From a phage, in assembly GCA_036253495.1 (NCBI GenBank), contig GCA_036253495.1_4125.1: a DNA stretch of 64,000 nucleotides. The stretch is one strand, 5' to 3'. The notes beneath the pieces were generated by a model. That model worked only from the letters and a program-made list of their open reading frames with translations. It did no database searches and was not told the origin of the DNA. Made by a program: the position numbers and the translations under genes. Positions 18,305-27,544 of the stretch are shown one piece after another. Each line of letters opens with the position of its first letter. The stretch's first letter is position 1.

Positions 18305-19051
18305 ATGGATCTTGAAAAACAAACCGAAGCAATCATCACCGAACTAATCAAAATTGGTTATAAATGCCCATTTATCTATGGTTCGTGGAATACTTTTTGT
18401 TTGTATAAGTATGATGACAAATTACCAAATGATATTGATGTTATTAATATAGTACCAGAAGAGTTTGAAGAAGGTGAGTTCTCTGTAAAATTAGATTGTA
18501 TTGATATACCTGTCAATATTGAATGTATGACTCTCAATCATCTTCGTGTCGAATTAATGCGTGGTGATGTTAAATACTATACCATCGGTTTTGGTACTAT
18601 TGTACCGAAATGTGCAAATCATCTTTTGATGTACCTTGGTCATATCGGTTCGGTTATGATGACACGCCGTAACAGTGAGATTCGTAAAATTTGCAGTACT
18701 GCATCAGATAAAGCCTTTAATAAAGGAAAAAAGAAGTTGACAGTACTGGAAGATTACGATAAGATGTTAGGACTAAAGAACATCTGGCATAGCATTCACT
18801 TCATCTATATCATTACGCATTATTACAATCTGTACAGATCCAACACTGAACATGAAATGAATATTGCGTCAATGAAACAAGAGTTTGATGTGCTTGAAAT
18901 GCTGAACATTCGCGACAACATATATAAGATATATGATGAAACATATGGTGATTATCATGTAAAAGCACAAGCTGTTATTGATTATGCGAAACCGATTCGT
19001 AACAAACTGATGACTGAATTTAGAAAATTATACCCCAAGGAGGATGTATGA
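18305..19051 (+). CDS. hypothetical protein with nucleotidyltransferase-like GS...DxD motif
   Basis: YGSWNTFCLYKYDDKLPNDIDVI fits a loose Pol-beta NTase pattern; weak. Confidence 0.4.
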   Translation: MDLEKQTEAIITELIKIGYKCPFIYGSWNTFCLYKYDDKLPNDIDVINIVPEEFEEGEFSVKLDCIDIPVNIECMTLNHLRVELMRGDVKYYTIGFGTIVPKCANHLLMYLGHIGSVMMTRRNSEIRKICSTASDKAFNKGKKKLTVLEDYDKMLGLKNIWHSIHFIYIITHYYNLYRSNTEHEMNIASMKQEFDVLEMLNIRDNIYKIYDETYGDYHVKAQAVIDYAKPIRNKLMTEFRKLYPKEDV

Positions 19052-19114
19052 AAGATACTTTCAGAGGTCGCATGACTTTCCATTAAGGAACTTTAACTTA
19101 ATGGAGAAAATAAT

Positions 19115-19672
19115 ATGTTCTTTGACCAAACATTTACGTTGTACCATGATTCTGGAAAAGTAGAGATTGTTGATAATCTTCTACAATATATTGCTGACCA
19201 CGAAGGGGTTGATCTATTTCACAGCAAAATGAAATTTGATTTATCCGAGTTCAACAAGAAGAATCGTGAATCATTCTGGAAAAATCGTTTCTATTACGAA
19301 ATGTATCCTGAAAAGTTTGTAGGTTATTATCTCTGTACTGAAAAAGGTTTATTAGTATCGCCTGATTTACTTATGGGTGAATACATGGTTCTCTATAATG
19401 AGTACTGGGAACATAAACGTAAGGCCCGTGACACCGAATGGCGACACAAACGCTCTTACATGTACAAGCATAACCATTCTCGCTACAAACGTCCTAAGAC
19501 CCAACAAGAGCGTCGTATGGCGTGTGCAGTACTGAAGGATGATGGTGAACCTGATATTCGTGGAAAACGCAAGATGCGTTCACTACCGACATATTGGGAC
19601 GATTTTAGAACAAGACACAGTACTGGCTGGAAATACAGTACTAAGCGTAAAAAACAATACAAAGGGAGCTAA
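19115..19672 (+). CDS. hypothetical protein with very basic C-terminus
   Basis: 185 aa; C-terminal Arg/Lys-rich segment. Confidence 0.45.
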   Translation: MFFDQTFTLYHDSGKVEIVDNLLQYIADHEGVDLFHSKMKFDLSEFNKKNRESFWKNRFYYEMYPEKFVGYYLCTEKGLLVSPDLLMGEYMVLYNEYWEHKRKARDTEWRHKRSYMYKHNHSRYKRPKTQQERRMACAVLKDDGEPDIRGKRKMRSLPTYWDDFRTRHSTGWKYSTKRKKQYKGS

Positions 19673-19690
19673 TGCTCCCTATTTTTATAG
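19662..19690 (+). terminator. intrinsic terminator (GGGAGC-TAAT-GCTCCC then TATTTTTA)
   Basis: Perfect hairpin overlapping stop codon of 19115-19672. Confidence 0.5.
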
Positions 19691-19700
19691 GTTAAACGTT

Positions 19701-20030
19701 ATGAGCAAAGTTGATGTTGATGTAGTTATTGGCTATATTGAAATTGAACAGTGTTGTATTGATACATTGATTGACACTCTTAATAAGTACCGTGCAGAGT
19801 ACAAGGGTAACATTAGTCTTTCACCGGACGGTGGTTACGGTGGATTCGATGGATACAATGTAATTTGGACACGAGAAGAAACGGATGAAGAATACAATAT
19901 CCGTTTGCAGTTAGAATCACAACGTCGCGAAGAAATTGAACGTCAAGAAATGAAACATTTAATGAACAAGAAATCATTAAGTGCTGAAGAGAAATCTAAA
20001 CTTCTAAAATATATCAAGGATTACATGTAA
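19701..20030 (+). CDS. hypothetical protein
   Basis: ATG at 19701 just after terminator; track ORF 19539 upstream part overlaps previous gene. Confidence 0.4.
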   Translation: MSKVDVDVVIGYIEIEQCCIDTLIDTLNKYRAEYKGNISLSPDGGYGGFDGYNVIWTREETDEEYNIRLQLESQRREEIERQEMKHLMNKKSLSAEEKSKLLKYIKDYM

Positions 20031-20677
20031 TGAAAAATGTAACTCAAGAAAAGATTCTGTATCACGCTAAACATAACGGTTCTTTCAATATTATTAGCCG
20101 AGAATACGTTGGTCATATGGCTAAGTTGATTGATAATTTACTGGAATTTGATTTCCTGAATTGGGAAACTAATGATCTTTGGTATGAATACGCGGGACAG
20201 CAATGGGAACGTGATTATGATAATGCAACACATTCATACACTATCACCAAAGCAGGTGAAGTTCGTTTAGCCATTATGCGTTGTGCATATGCTTACAAAA
20301 ATCACAAAGGTGAAGAAAAACATACTCGTAGAAATGAAGAGCTATTGCTTCTCATGGAATCAGCAAAAATTACAATGCATGATTTGTTCCACCACCCACG
20401 TTGGTATGAAAATCTAACCAAAGCAGAGTACAAAGCGTTGCGTTACATTGATGAACAGAACAAAACGCCAATTTTAGTAGATGAAAGTGACGGTGAACTA
20501 AGCCTCAAATGTGTATTTGACAATTCCAGTACTGAGAGCATTGCTGACATTTCAGTACAAATGGCACTTAAAGCTATGGAACTATTCAAGACGCAATACC
20601 AAGGTACAAATGCCGATGAAATTGAGCGTGAGTTCATTACACGCGTACAGATTGCATTAGCTAAGACCAAAACTTAA
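20030..20677 (+). CDS. hypothetical protein
   Basis: 215 aa, start overlaps upstream stop (TAATG). Confidence 0.45.
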   Translation: MKNVTQEKILYHAKHNGSFNIISREYVGHMAKLIDNLLEFDFLNWETNDLWYEYAGQQWERDYDNATHSYTITKAGEVRLAIMRCAYAYKNHKGEEKHTRRNEELLLLMESAKITMHDLFHHPRWYENLTKAEYKALRYIDEQNKTPILVDESDGELSLKCVFDNSSTESIADISVQMALKAMELFKTQYQGTNADEIEREFITRVQIALAKTKT

Positions 20678-20695
20678 AAACATTGGAAAATAATC

Positions 20696-20881
20696 ATGAA
20701 AAGACTTGCATATGTATTAGTATTAATGTTAATATCATCTTGTTCACTAATGGACTTTAAATACAGTACACAATACTATTCAGTGTTTGAAGAAGCACCA
20801 GATAACTGTTTACTAGAAAGTAATCAGATGTATGTCATTAATGGTGAAACAAAATTACAATACATTTGCAAAGAGGATTAA
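20696..20881 (+). CDS. small lipoprotein
   Basis: Signal peptide with lipobox-like LISSC. Confidence 0.4.
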   Translation: MKRLAYVLVLMLISSCSLMDFKYSTQYYSVFEEAPDNCLLESNQMYVINGETKLQYICKED

Positions 20882-20884
20882 TTC

Positions 20885-21118
20885 ATGAAAAAGATTATCA
20901 TTTCTTGTTTAGTTGCTGGGGCAACCTTACTCGTAGGCTGTGCACCTAAAGTTAACGAGATGGATGCAGAAATGATCCGTAAGGACTTAACTAAACTGAA
21001 TCATAATGGCACACTCTATGCCTGTCATGAGATGCGACACGGACAGGATCTAAATCTTATGTGTCGCAAAATTGTTAACCGCAAACGCTTAACAACAGTC
21101 CCAAAGGATGCTCAATGA
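20885..21118 (+). CDS. small lipoprotein
   Basis: Signal peptide with lipobox LVGC. Confidence 0.45.
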   Translation: MKKIIISCLVAGATLLVGCAPKVNEMDAEMIRKDLTKLNHNGTLYACHEMRHGQDLNLMCRKIVNRKRLTTVPKDAQ

Positions 21119-21140
21119 AAGACGTAATGGGATATAAACT

Positions 21141-21500
21141 ATGAGTGATTATGTTGCATTCCTACATCGTTTTGGTAAAGCTGAAGAAAAGCACATCATT
21201 CGTCTACCAGCTTATGGTGAGAAAGACTGGTACAAAAGTACTATCAGTGTAGGTGCATTCCGTGACCGTGAAGCTGAATTCTTTCTCGGTAAACAACATG
21301 AACGAGAGGTACTTTGCTCCCTTTGGCGTTTAGACGAATGGGATGAAGAGAATGCAAGAACTGCGGTATCAATGCTTAAAATTGTTGGCATTGAGAACTA
21401 TCAGCACCCATATGATCTCTTACCTACGTTTGAACATGCTTCGTTATTTGACTTTTACAAAGCAATAGGGTACGATTATAAAAAGAAACGTTACATTTGA
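21141..21500 (+). CDS. hypothetical protein
   Basis: 119 aa ORF. Confidence 0.45.
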   Translation: MSDYVAFLHRFGKAEEKHIIRLPAYGEKDWYKSTISVGAFRDREAEFFLGKQHEREVLCSLWRLDEWDEENARTAVSMLKIVGIENYQHPYDLLPTFEHASLFDFYKAIGYDYKKKRYI

Positions 21501-21507
21501 GGATATC

Positions 21508-22125
21508 ATGACAACATCACAAAAGTACTGGTGGATTTTGGGACACCCTGAATTTATCAATAAAGACTACGTTGATGCTCGCATTGATGTTGAGCCACAC
21601 GATGTATGTCCCATCACCAATCGTATTGAAGATTATCCGGTACTGAATACAAAAACACAGTACTGGATCGAAATGCTAACTCCGTTTTTCGATGAAGACG
21701 AAGGGAAGTTCGTTCGTGGACATGAGTACGAGTTGGATTGTGGTGGTGATACATATGAAGAAGCAATTGATAATTTATACACCAAGATCCTAGAAAAGTA
21801 TGGTGATTACACACAAGAAGAAGCGGAAGCTAAGTATGATGCTGTACATCAGCGTGTAGTGACGAAAAGTGCTTTTCCTTCATCAATGTTCCAACCAGAA
21901 GAACTTCGTAACACATGGGAGAACTCAAAATTATCTGAAATTGAACTTGATTATATTCCAGGTGATATTGAAAACATTAAAGGTACAATAAAAGCCTTGA
22001 AAGAATTCCTCAAAACTTGTACAATAGAAGAACAAGAAGAGGCAAACAAACATTTACAATCAGAGGAATGTAAACTATGGGTGCTTGAGGAATCACTTAG
22101 AAAAGGTATAGACTACAACATATGA
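21508..22125 (+). CDS. hypothetical protein
   Basis: 205 aa ORF. Confidence 0.45.
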   Translation: MTTSQKYWWILGHPEFINKDYVDARIDVEPHDVCPITNRIEDYPVLNTKTQYWIEMLTPFFDEDEGKFVRGHEYELDCGGDTYEEAIDNLYTKILEKYGDYTQEEAEAKYDAVHQRVVTKSAFPSSMFQPEELRNTWENSKLSEIELDYIPGDIENIKGTIKALKEFLKTCTIEEQEEANKHLQSEECKLWVLEESLRKGIDYNI

Positions 22126-22490
22126 ACCCGAAATTGCTTAAACTGGTAGAAGAACTCCGTGAGATGCCGCCGATTGAACAAGTCGGTAATTACAAACGGT
22201 ATAGAGTAATTGCTCGTGCACTGGATAAGAAAGGTCGAGTACTGGCTACTCGTACCAACTCTTACACACAGACTCACCCTAAGCAGAAAGGCTTTGCAAT
22301 TCGTGCGGGTCGCCCTCAAGGGGAATTTTTACACGCTGAAATTTCGTGTCTTCTTGCTGCTCGTGCTGAAGTACATACTCTTCTTATCGCTCGTGTAAGT
22401 AAAGATGGAATTCCAGTTCCAGCAAAACCTTGTGAGATTTGTACATTAGCAATTCAGGAGTACGGGGTAAAAGAGATTATCCATACATGA
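22122..22490 (+). CDS. small cytidine-deaminase-fold protein
   Basis: HAE...PCxxC zinc-binding pattern (FLHAEISCLLAA ... KPCEICTLAI) in 122 aa; start overlaps upstream stop. Confidence 0.5.
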   Translation: MNPKLLKLVEELREMPPIEQVGNYKRYRVIARALDKKGRVLATRTNSYTQTHPKQKGFAIRAGRPQGEFLHAEISCLLAARAEVHTLLIARVSKDGIPVPAKPCEICTLAIQEYGVKEIIHT

Positions 22491-22708
22491 AAATTGAACG
22501 ATATCAGCACCATACTGTACTGTTTGGTGAATCAATAATGTACTATTATATTTTTGAGCCAAAACATTCGTTACAAATAACTATATACGAAAATGGTAAA
22601 TTTAAAGATACCAATTTCCCATTACATGAATTGGCATTATATTCCAGTACTGATCACTTTAAGCATTTAGTATTTGTATATTGTATTCCAAATGAAAACG
22701 AGGAATAA
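22487..22708 (+). CDS. hypothetical protein
   Basis: ATG at 22487 overlapping upstream stop. Confidence 0.35.
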   Translation: MKIERYQHHTVLFGESIMYYYIFEPKHSLQITIYENGKFKDTNFPLHELALYSSTDHFKHLVFVYCIPNENEE

Positions 22709-22710
22709 CT

Positions 22711-23121
22711 ATGTTAGAAGATGAGTTTCTAAAATTAAGTAGAAAGATATTTGATATACTAGGTGATGAAACAGATTTCAATCTAAGCGATAAAGATATC
22801 CCATTGGAAGATGGTGGTTTCTTTTTCGCATTTGGATCTACGTATAATCTGGATATTTCAAAGCCTATCAGTGATGATAGTGATTATACTGCAACAACAT
22901 ATTTTGATTTCCAGCTTAATGGACACAAAGAGCGTTTACTAACGTACAGACGTAAAGGTAGTTTCAATAGAACCGAGATTACATTAATGGATTTTGAGAA
23001 ACGCATCGAACTCGCGAAGAAACATCCATTCATCAGTACTCATGCGTTTAATAGGCTAATCGATCTATTAGACAGTTATCCAGAGACAATACGAGGGTCA
23101 TTACGTTTAAATGCAGATTGA
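22711..23121 (+). CDS. hypothetical protein
   Basis: 136 aa ORF. Confidence 0.45.
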   Translation: MLEDEFLKLSRKIFDILGDETDFNLSDKDIPLEDGGFFFAFGSTYNLDISKPISDDSDYTATTYFDFQLNGHKERLLTYRRKGSFNRTEITLMDFEKRIELAKKHPFISTHAFNRLIDLLDSYPETIRGSLRLNAD

Positions 23122-23296
23122 AATTTTAAAAAAAGAATATGATGGTGAAAGTCTATATGATATCCAAAGAGATGTGCATGAAGCTTTTGATTCAAGATTT
23201 AACCCATTAGCTGAACAAATCCCACAAGATGAATATGGCTTCCAACAAGGTACATTTACTGTAACTATTACATGGAGTCCAGATAAGACTAATTAA
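23111..23296 (+). CDS. hypothetical small protein
   Basis: 61 aa ORF overlapping previous gene end. Confidence 0.35.
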   Translation: MQIEILKKEYDGESLYDIQRDVHEAFDSRFNPLAEQIPQDEYGFQQGTFTVTITWSPDKTN

Positions 23297-23398
23297 ACTA
23301 TTCATTGGTTGCAGTGCAATTGCAATTTATATGTTATGCCCAGCACCAATTAACACTGTTATGCTAATATGGTCAGTTGTTATTTTGTCTATTCTATA

Positions 23399-23425
23399 AA
23401 GCACCCAAGTGGTGCTTTTTGTGTT
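23399..23425 (+). terminator. intrinsic terminator (AGCACC-CAAGT-GGTGCT then TTTTGTG)
   Basis: Perfect stem-loop in intergenic region before nrdD. Confidence 0.55.
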
Positions 23426-23554
23426 TGTACAGTACTTAATCAATTGCACTTTTCCTTGATTTAGGTCAAGAGAAAAAGGCCAATATGAGGCTATAATGCT
23501 CTTTGTTGAAGTTAAATAAATTCACCCAAACGAATAACATACAAGGAATGTGAA

Positions 23555-24496
23555 ATGCAAATAGATAAATTATATACGGACGTAACTAACTTCCTCAACC
23601 AGAGTAACGCTGATTTAACAAATGAAAATGCAAATAAAGACGCTAAATGTGTTAATACACATCGTGATTTATTGGCAGGTATTCTTTCTAAACATTATTC
23701 CCAAGATGTGATTCCTGATGAATTGATGAAGTGGCATAATGAAGGTTACGGTCATATTCATGATTTAGACTATTACATTAGCCCATTAACAAACTGTTGT
23801 TTAGTTAATTATCCTGATATGCTTGCTAATGGCTTCATGATTGGTTGTGCCAAGATTGAAGAACCAAAAAGCTTTGGGGTAGCTTGTACAGTACTAACAC
23901 AGATTGTTCAGGCTGTGGCAAGTTCACAGTACGGTGGTCAGTCGTTGGCTCACATTGACACTGGCCTTGCACCATATGTACAAAAGTCATGGGATAAACT
24001 TCTAGAAAAACAAAAGAAATACAATCTTAGTACTGAATTCATCGAAGATGAGTTGCGTAAGGAAGTTTATGACGGTTGTCAAACAATTCTATATCAAACA
24101 AACTCAATGATCAGTACTAATGGTCAGGCTGCGTTCATTTCTTTGAGTTTAGGATTAGGTACATCTAAATTTGAAAAACTAATCACTGAACAATATTTGA
24201 AAGTACATGAAAATGGACTAGGTAAAGATAAGATTACTCCAGTATTTCCTAAAGTAATATTCTTTCTTCAGGATGGAATTAATATGAATACCAATGATAC
24301 TAACTATGATCTTAAACAGTTAGCTATGCGTTGTGCATCAAAAAGAATCTATCCAGACTTTGTTTCTGTACCATTGAACCATAAAGTAACTGGAAGTACC
24401 AGTACTGCTGTTACTCCTATGGGATGCAGAAGCTTCTTAGGTAAATGGGAAGATGAAAATGGCAACGAACAGTACAATGGCCGTTTCAATTTGGGT
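23555..24496 (+). CDS. nrdD: anaerobic ribonucleoside-triphosphate reductase NrdD, exon 1
   Basis: N-terminal NrdD-like region ending ...PMGCRSFLGKWEDENGNEQYNGRFNLG, matching the E. coli NrdD segment PMGCRSFLG...NLG recalled from memory; exon end placed at T24496. Confidence 0.72.
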
Positions 24497-25666
24497 AGAC
24501 ATACATGCCCCATTGCTGAGTGATCAGTAATTGCAAACACGTTAACATGCTGGAACCCCCTAAAGCCATAAACACTACAACGCAATCTTAATAGATAAAC
24601 GTGAATGTTACGAGAGTAGAAAAAAGTTTTATGGATATATAATAAGTTGTAAATCATATTATATGTACAATGGGAAATCAGCAGCCAAGCCATCATTAAT
24701 ATAATGGTGGAAGGTTCAACGAGTATAATACGTGACTCTAATATTAAAACTTCCATAAATAATATTTTATGGAGGATATATAATGAGAAAAGGAAGTATA
24801 TATAAAATAGAATGTATAGTAACTAATAAAGTTTATATTGGACAAACCGTTTTATATCCACCGATGAAAAGATGGGTGGAACACTGCCAAAACAATGATG
24901 AAAAATCATGTATTAGTAAAGCTATTAAAAAATTTGGTTTTGAAAATTTCACATTTCAAATTTTAAAAACTAATATTGATTTAAATAATCTTAATGATGA
25001 AGAAATAAAATATATTGAAATTTATGATAGTTATAAGAATGGTTACAACTCAACATTAGGTGGTCACCAAACCTTTAATGGAAGTAAAATAACTGAACTT
25101 GATGCTATAAAAATTATAGAATATATTAAATCATATAAAGATCTTTCATTCGTAGAAATAGCAAAAACTTTAAATGTTCCATACGGCTGTGTAAGTGATA
25201 TAAATTGTGGCGAAACTTGGTATCAAATAAATGAAACATACCCTATTAGAGATAACAAAAGAAATAAGATTGAAGATAATATAGATTCAATTTATGAGTT
25301 ATTGAGAAATGGTGTTTCTAGTATAGAAATTGCAAAAATATATAATGTTTCAAATGTCACCATTTGTAACGTTAATAATGGAACAATCTATCGAAACGAA
25401 TCAGTTGAATACCCAATTTTTAAACCACAAAATTCATCAAAACGACATTCTATTGAAATAGTTTCTAAGATTATTGATATGTTAATTAATACAGATAAAA
25501 ATTATTCTGAAATTGCAAAATGTTTAAATGTAGGAAGAAAAACTGTTGCAAATATCAATAACGGTTCTGGATATAAAGAACTATCAAATGAACTTGGTTA
25601 TATATCATTTCCTCTTCGTTAGAGTATGGTGTACTCTAATCCTTCATGAAAGTGAAGGTACAAATG
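24497..25666 (+). mobile_element. group I intron interrupting nrdD, carrying a GIY-YIG homing endonuclease ORF
   Basis: Exon ends in U; P-like ATGCTGGAA (24546), Q-like AATCAGCAGCC (24675), R-like GTTCAACGAG (24713); GACTCTAA (24735) pairs with TTAGAGT (25621) as P7; P9-like hairpin CCTTCA-TGAAAG-TGAAGG; terminal G at 25666; spliced product reads GRFNLG|VVSINLP in frame. Confidence 0.65.
24783..25622 (+). CDS. GIY-YIG homing endonuclease (intron-encoded)
   Basis: N-terminal IYKIECIVTNKVYIGQT (GIY-x10-YIG); SD GGAGG upstream; located inside nrdD intron. Confidence 0.8.
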   Translation: MRKGSIYKIECIVTNKVYIGQTVLYPPMKRWVEHCQNNDEKSCISKAIKKFGFENFTFQILKTNIDLNNLNDEEIKYIEIYDSYKNGYNSTLGGHQTFNGSKITELDAIKIIEYIKSYKDLSFVEIAKTLNVPYGCVSDINCGETWYQINETYPIRDNKRNKIEDNIDSIYELLRNGVSSIEIAKIYNVSNVTICNVNNGTIYRNESVEYPIFKPQNSSKRHSIEIVSKIIDMLINTDKNYSEIAKCLNVGRKTVANINNGSGYKELSNELGYISFPLR

Positions 25667-26530
25667 GTTGTCTCAATCAACCTACCGCTAATTGCTCTTG
25701 AAAGCACTACTGATGGTGATTTCTTTGATAAGATAGATGAGCATATGAACATTGCATACAGAGCACAGATGAACCGTGTAGAGCGTTTAAAAGGTACTAA
25801 GGCTAAACAGAACCCGATTCTGTTCATGGAAGGTGCTCTTGCACGTCTTGATGCAGAAGAAACTATTGACAAACTCTTCTACGATGGTTATGCTAGTATT
25901 AGTATTGGTTATGTAGGATTAGTTGAATGTTCAGAGATTTTGACTGGTTCAATCAGTAAAGAGTTCTGTATGTCAGTACTGAATTATATGAAAGTCAAAT
26001 GCGATGAGTTCAAAAAAGAGAGTAACATAGCTTTTAGTCTATATGGAACCCCAGCAGAGTCACTTTGCTACAAATTTGCACGTTGCATCGAATCTAAGTA
26101 CCCTTCAGTACTAAAACGTGATTACATCACAAATTCCTTCCATCAACCAGTATGGGTAGAAAGTTCACCATTTGATAAGTGGAGTTACGAAGAGGGCTTT
26201 GCTTACCTCAGCAATGGAGGAAACATCAGTTATGTGGAATCACCCAACCTAAGTAACAATATTCAAGCACTTGAGACTTTAGTCAATTACGCTTACACAA
26301 AGATTCCATATTTTGGCATCAACCAGCCAATTGACCAGTGTTTCGAGTGTGGGTATAAAGGTGAGTTCAGTGTAGATAAACACGGTTTTCATTGTCCAGT
26401 ATGTGATAATCGCAATGAGAAGACAATCTCAGTGATTCGTCGTGTTTCTGGATATTTGGGGAACCCATCGTCTCGTGGATTCAACAAAGGCAAACAACAA
26501 GAATGTTGTGAGCGTATACAACACAAATAA
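25667..26530 (+). CDS. nrdD: anaerobic ribonucleoside-triphosphate reductase NrdD, exon 2
   Basis: VVSINLPLIALE...; C-terminal Zn ribbon CFECG...CPVCDN and glycyl-radical motif RRVSGYLG. Confidence 0.75.
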   Translation, partial: VVSINLPLIALESTTDGDFFDKIDEHMNIAYRAQMNRVERLKGTKAKQNPILFMEGALARLDAEETIDKLFYDGYASISIGYVGLVECSEILTGSISKEFCMSVLNYMKVKCDEFKKESNIAFSLYGTPAESLCYKFARCIESKYPSVLKRDYITNSFHQPVWVESSPFDKWSYEEGFAYLSNGGNISYVESPNLSNNIQALETLVNYAYTKIPYFGINQPIDQCFECGYKGEFSVDKHGFHCPVCDNRNEKTISVIRRVSGYLGNPSSRGFNKGKQQECCERIQHK

Positions 26531-26538
26531 GGTACATT

Positions 26539-26871
26539 ATGGATTTAAAGCCAATTGTAGTTAACAAATATAAAGAACCATATGATGTGTATATTGGTCG
26601 TGGGTCTAAATGGGGAAATCCATTTACCCACATTAATGACAAACAAACAAAGGCAGAGTTTATAGTTCCGACACGAGAAGAGTCGATTGAGAAGTTCAGA
26701 GAGTATCTTATCCAAAGAATTGAAAATGGTGAGGTTACTATCGAAGAACTACTTGAATTGGCTGGGAAGCGTCTTGGGTGCTTTTGTAAGCCAAAATCAT
26801 GTCATGGTGATGTTCTTGTAGAAATAGTGAGTGCAATATTAGATGAATTACCAGACGATAATCAAGGATGA
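26539..26871 (+). CDS. hypothetical conserved protein (CxC...C.H motif)
   Basis: 110 aa; YIGRGSKWGNPF and LGCFCKPKSCHGD motifs; family not assigned. Confidence 0.45.
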   Translation: MDLKPIVVNKYKEPYDVYIGRGSKWGNPFTHINDKQTKAEFIVPTREESIEKFREYLIQRIENGEVTIEELLELAGKRLGCFCKPKSCHGDVLVEIVSAILDELPDDNQG

Positions 26872-27322
26872 TTTAGTCAATGGAGAGGGAGTTAGATGCT
26901 CCCTTTTTGTTTCAGGGTGTAGCCACGGATGTGAAGAATGCTTCAACGAAAAAGCATGGGATTATCGCAGTGGGGAAGTATTCAGTACTGAAACAGTTGA
27001 AATCATCCTGAATGAACTTAACAAGCCATATGTACAAGGATTATCCCTTTTAGGTGGTGATCCATTGATGCCAAAGAATATCAGTACTGTTATTGAGTTA
27101 TGTAAAGTAGTAAAAGAAAAATATCCAAATAAAGATATTTGGTGCTGGAGTGGTTATACTTTAGAGGAAATAATAAATAATCATGCCTCCGCAATACTAG
27201 AGTACATTGATGTATTAGTTGATGGTAAATTTATTCTTGAAGAAAAGAATTTAGAATTACCATTTAGAGGCTCTAATAATCAACGTATTCTTCGTAAAGG
27301 AGTAGATTATGCGTTATCTTGA
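26843..27322 (+). CDS. nrdG: anaerobic ribonucleotide reductase activating protein NrdG
   Basis: Radical-SAM activase N-terminus DDLVNGEGVRCSLFVSGCSHGCEECFN; overlaps upstream gene by 29 nt. Confidence 0.75.
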   Translation: MNYQTIIKDDLVNGEGVRCSLFVSGCSHGCEECFNEKAWDYRSGEVFSTETVEIILNELNKPYVQGLSLLGGDPLMPKNISTVIELCKVVKEKYPNKDIWCWSGYTLEEIINNHASAILEYIDVLVDGKFILEEKNLELPFRGSNNQRILRKGVDYALS

Positions 27323-27467
27323 TATTATTTCTGAAAAGATACAGAAACGTGGAAATGAGTGGGTTGTTACTGACCACACAGGGAAGAAAGTTCTCGGTCG
27401 TCACCCAACCAGAAAAGAAGCACTTAAACAATTAAGAGCAGTTGAATTTTCTAAACACGGCGGTTAA
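27309..27467 (+). CDS. small hypothetical protein (52 aa)
   Basis: ATG at 27309 after GGAG; not in ORF track (<60 aa); followed by terminator. Confidence 0.25.
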   Translation: MRYLDIISEKIQKRGNEWVVTDHTGKKVLGRHPTRKEALKQLRAVEFSKHGG

Positions 27468-27471
27468 TATG

Positions 27472-27500
27472 AAGAAGCACCCTTTGGGTGCTTTTTTTAT
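27472..27500 (+). terminator. intrinsic terminator (GAAGCACCC-TTT-GGGTGCTT then T7)
   Basis: Strong hairpin plus U-tract at end of early block. Confidence 0.65.
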
Positions 27501-27505
27501 ACTAT

Positions 27506-27513
27506 TATAAATA
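27506..27513 (+). promoter_or_regulatory. late-promoter-like TATAAATA box
   Basis: Exact TATAAATA about 30 nt upstream of tail-fibre gene start 27545. Confidence 0.5.
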
Positions 27514-27544
27514 CACTATGGATATCTAGATAAAAGGGATATAT

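Noticed and set aside
24757-24764. Late-promoter-like CATAAATA upstream of the intron endonuclease
   Set aside because: It is one base off the TATAAATA consensus and lies within the intron core region; not supportable without expression data.
26887-26910. Terminator-like hairpin GGGAG-TTAGATG-CTCCC followed by T-run
   Set aside because: It lies inside the conserved N-terminal coding sequence of NrdG (GEGVRCSLFVSG), so it is more likely a coding coincidence than a terminator.
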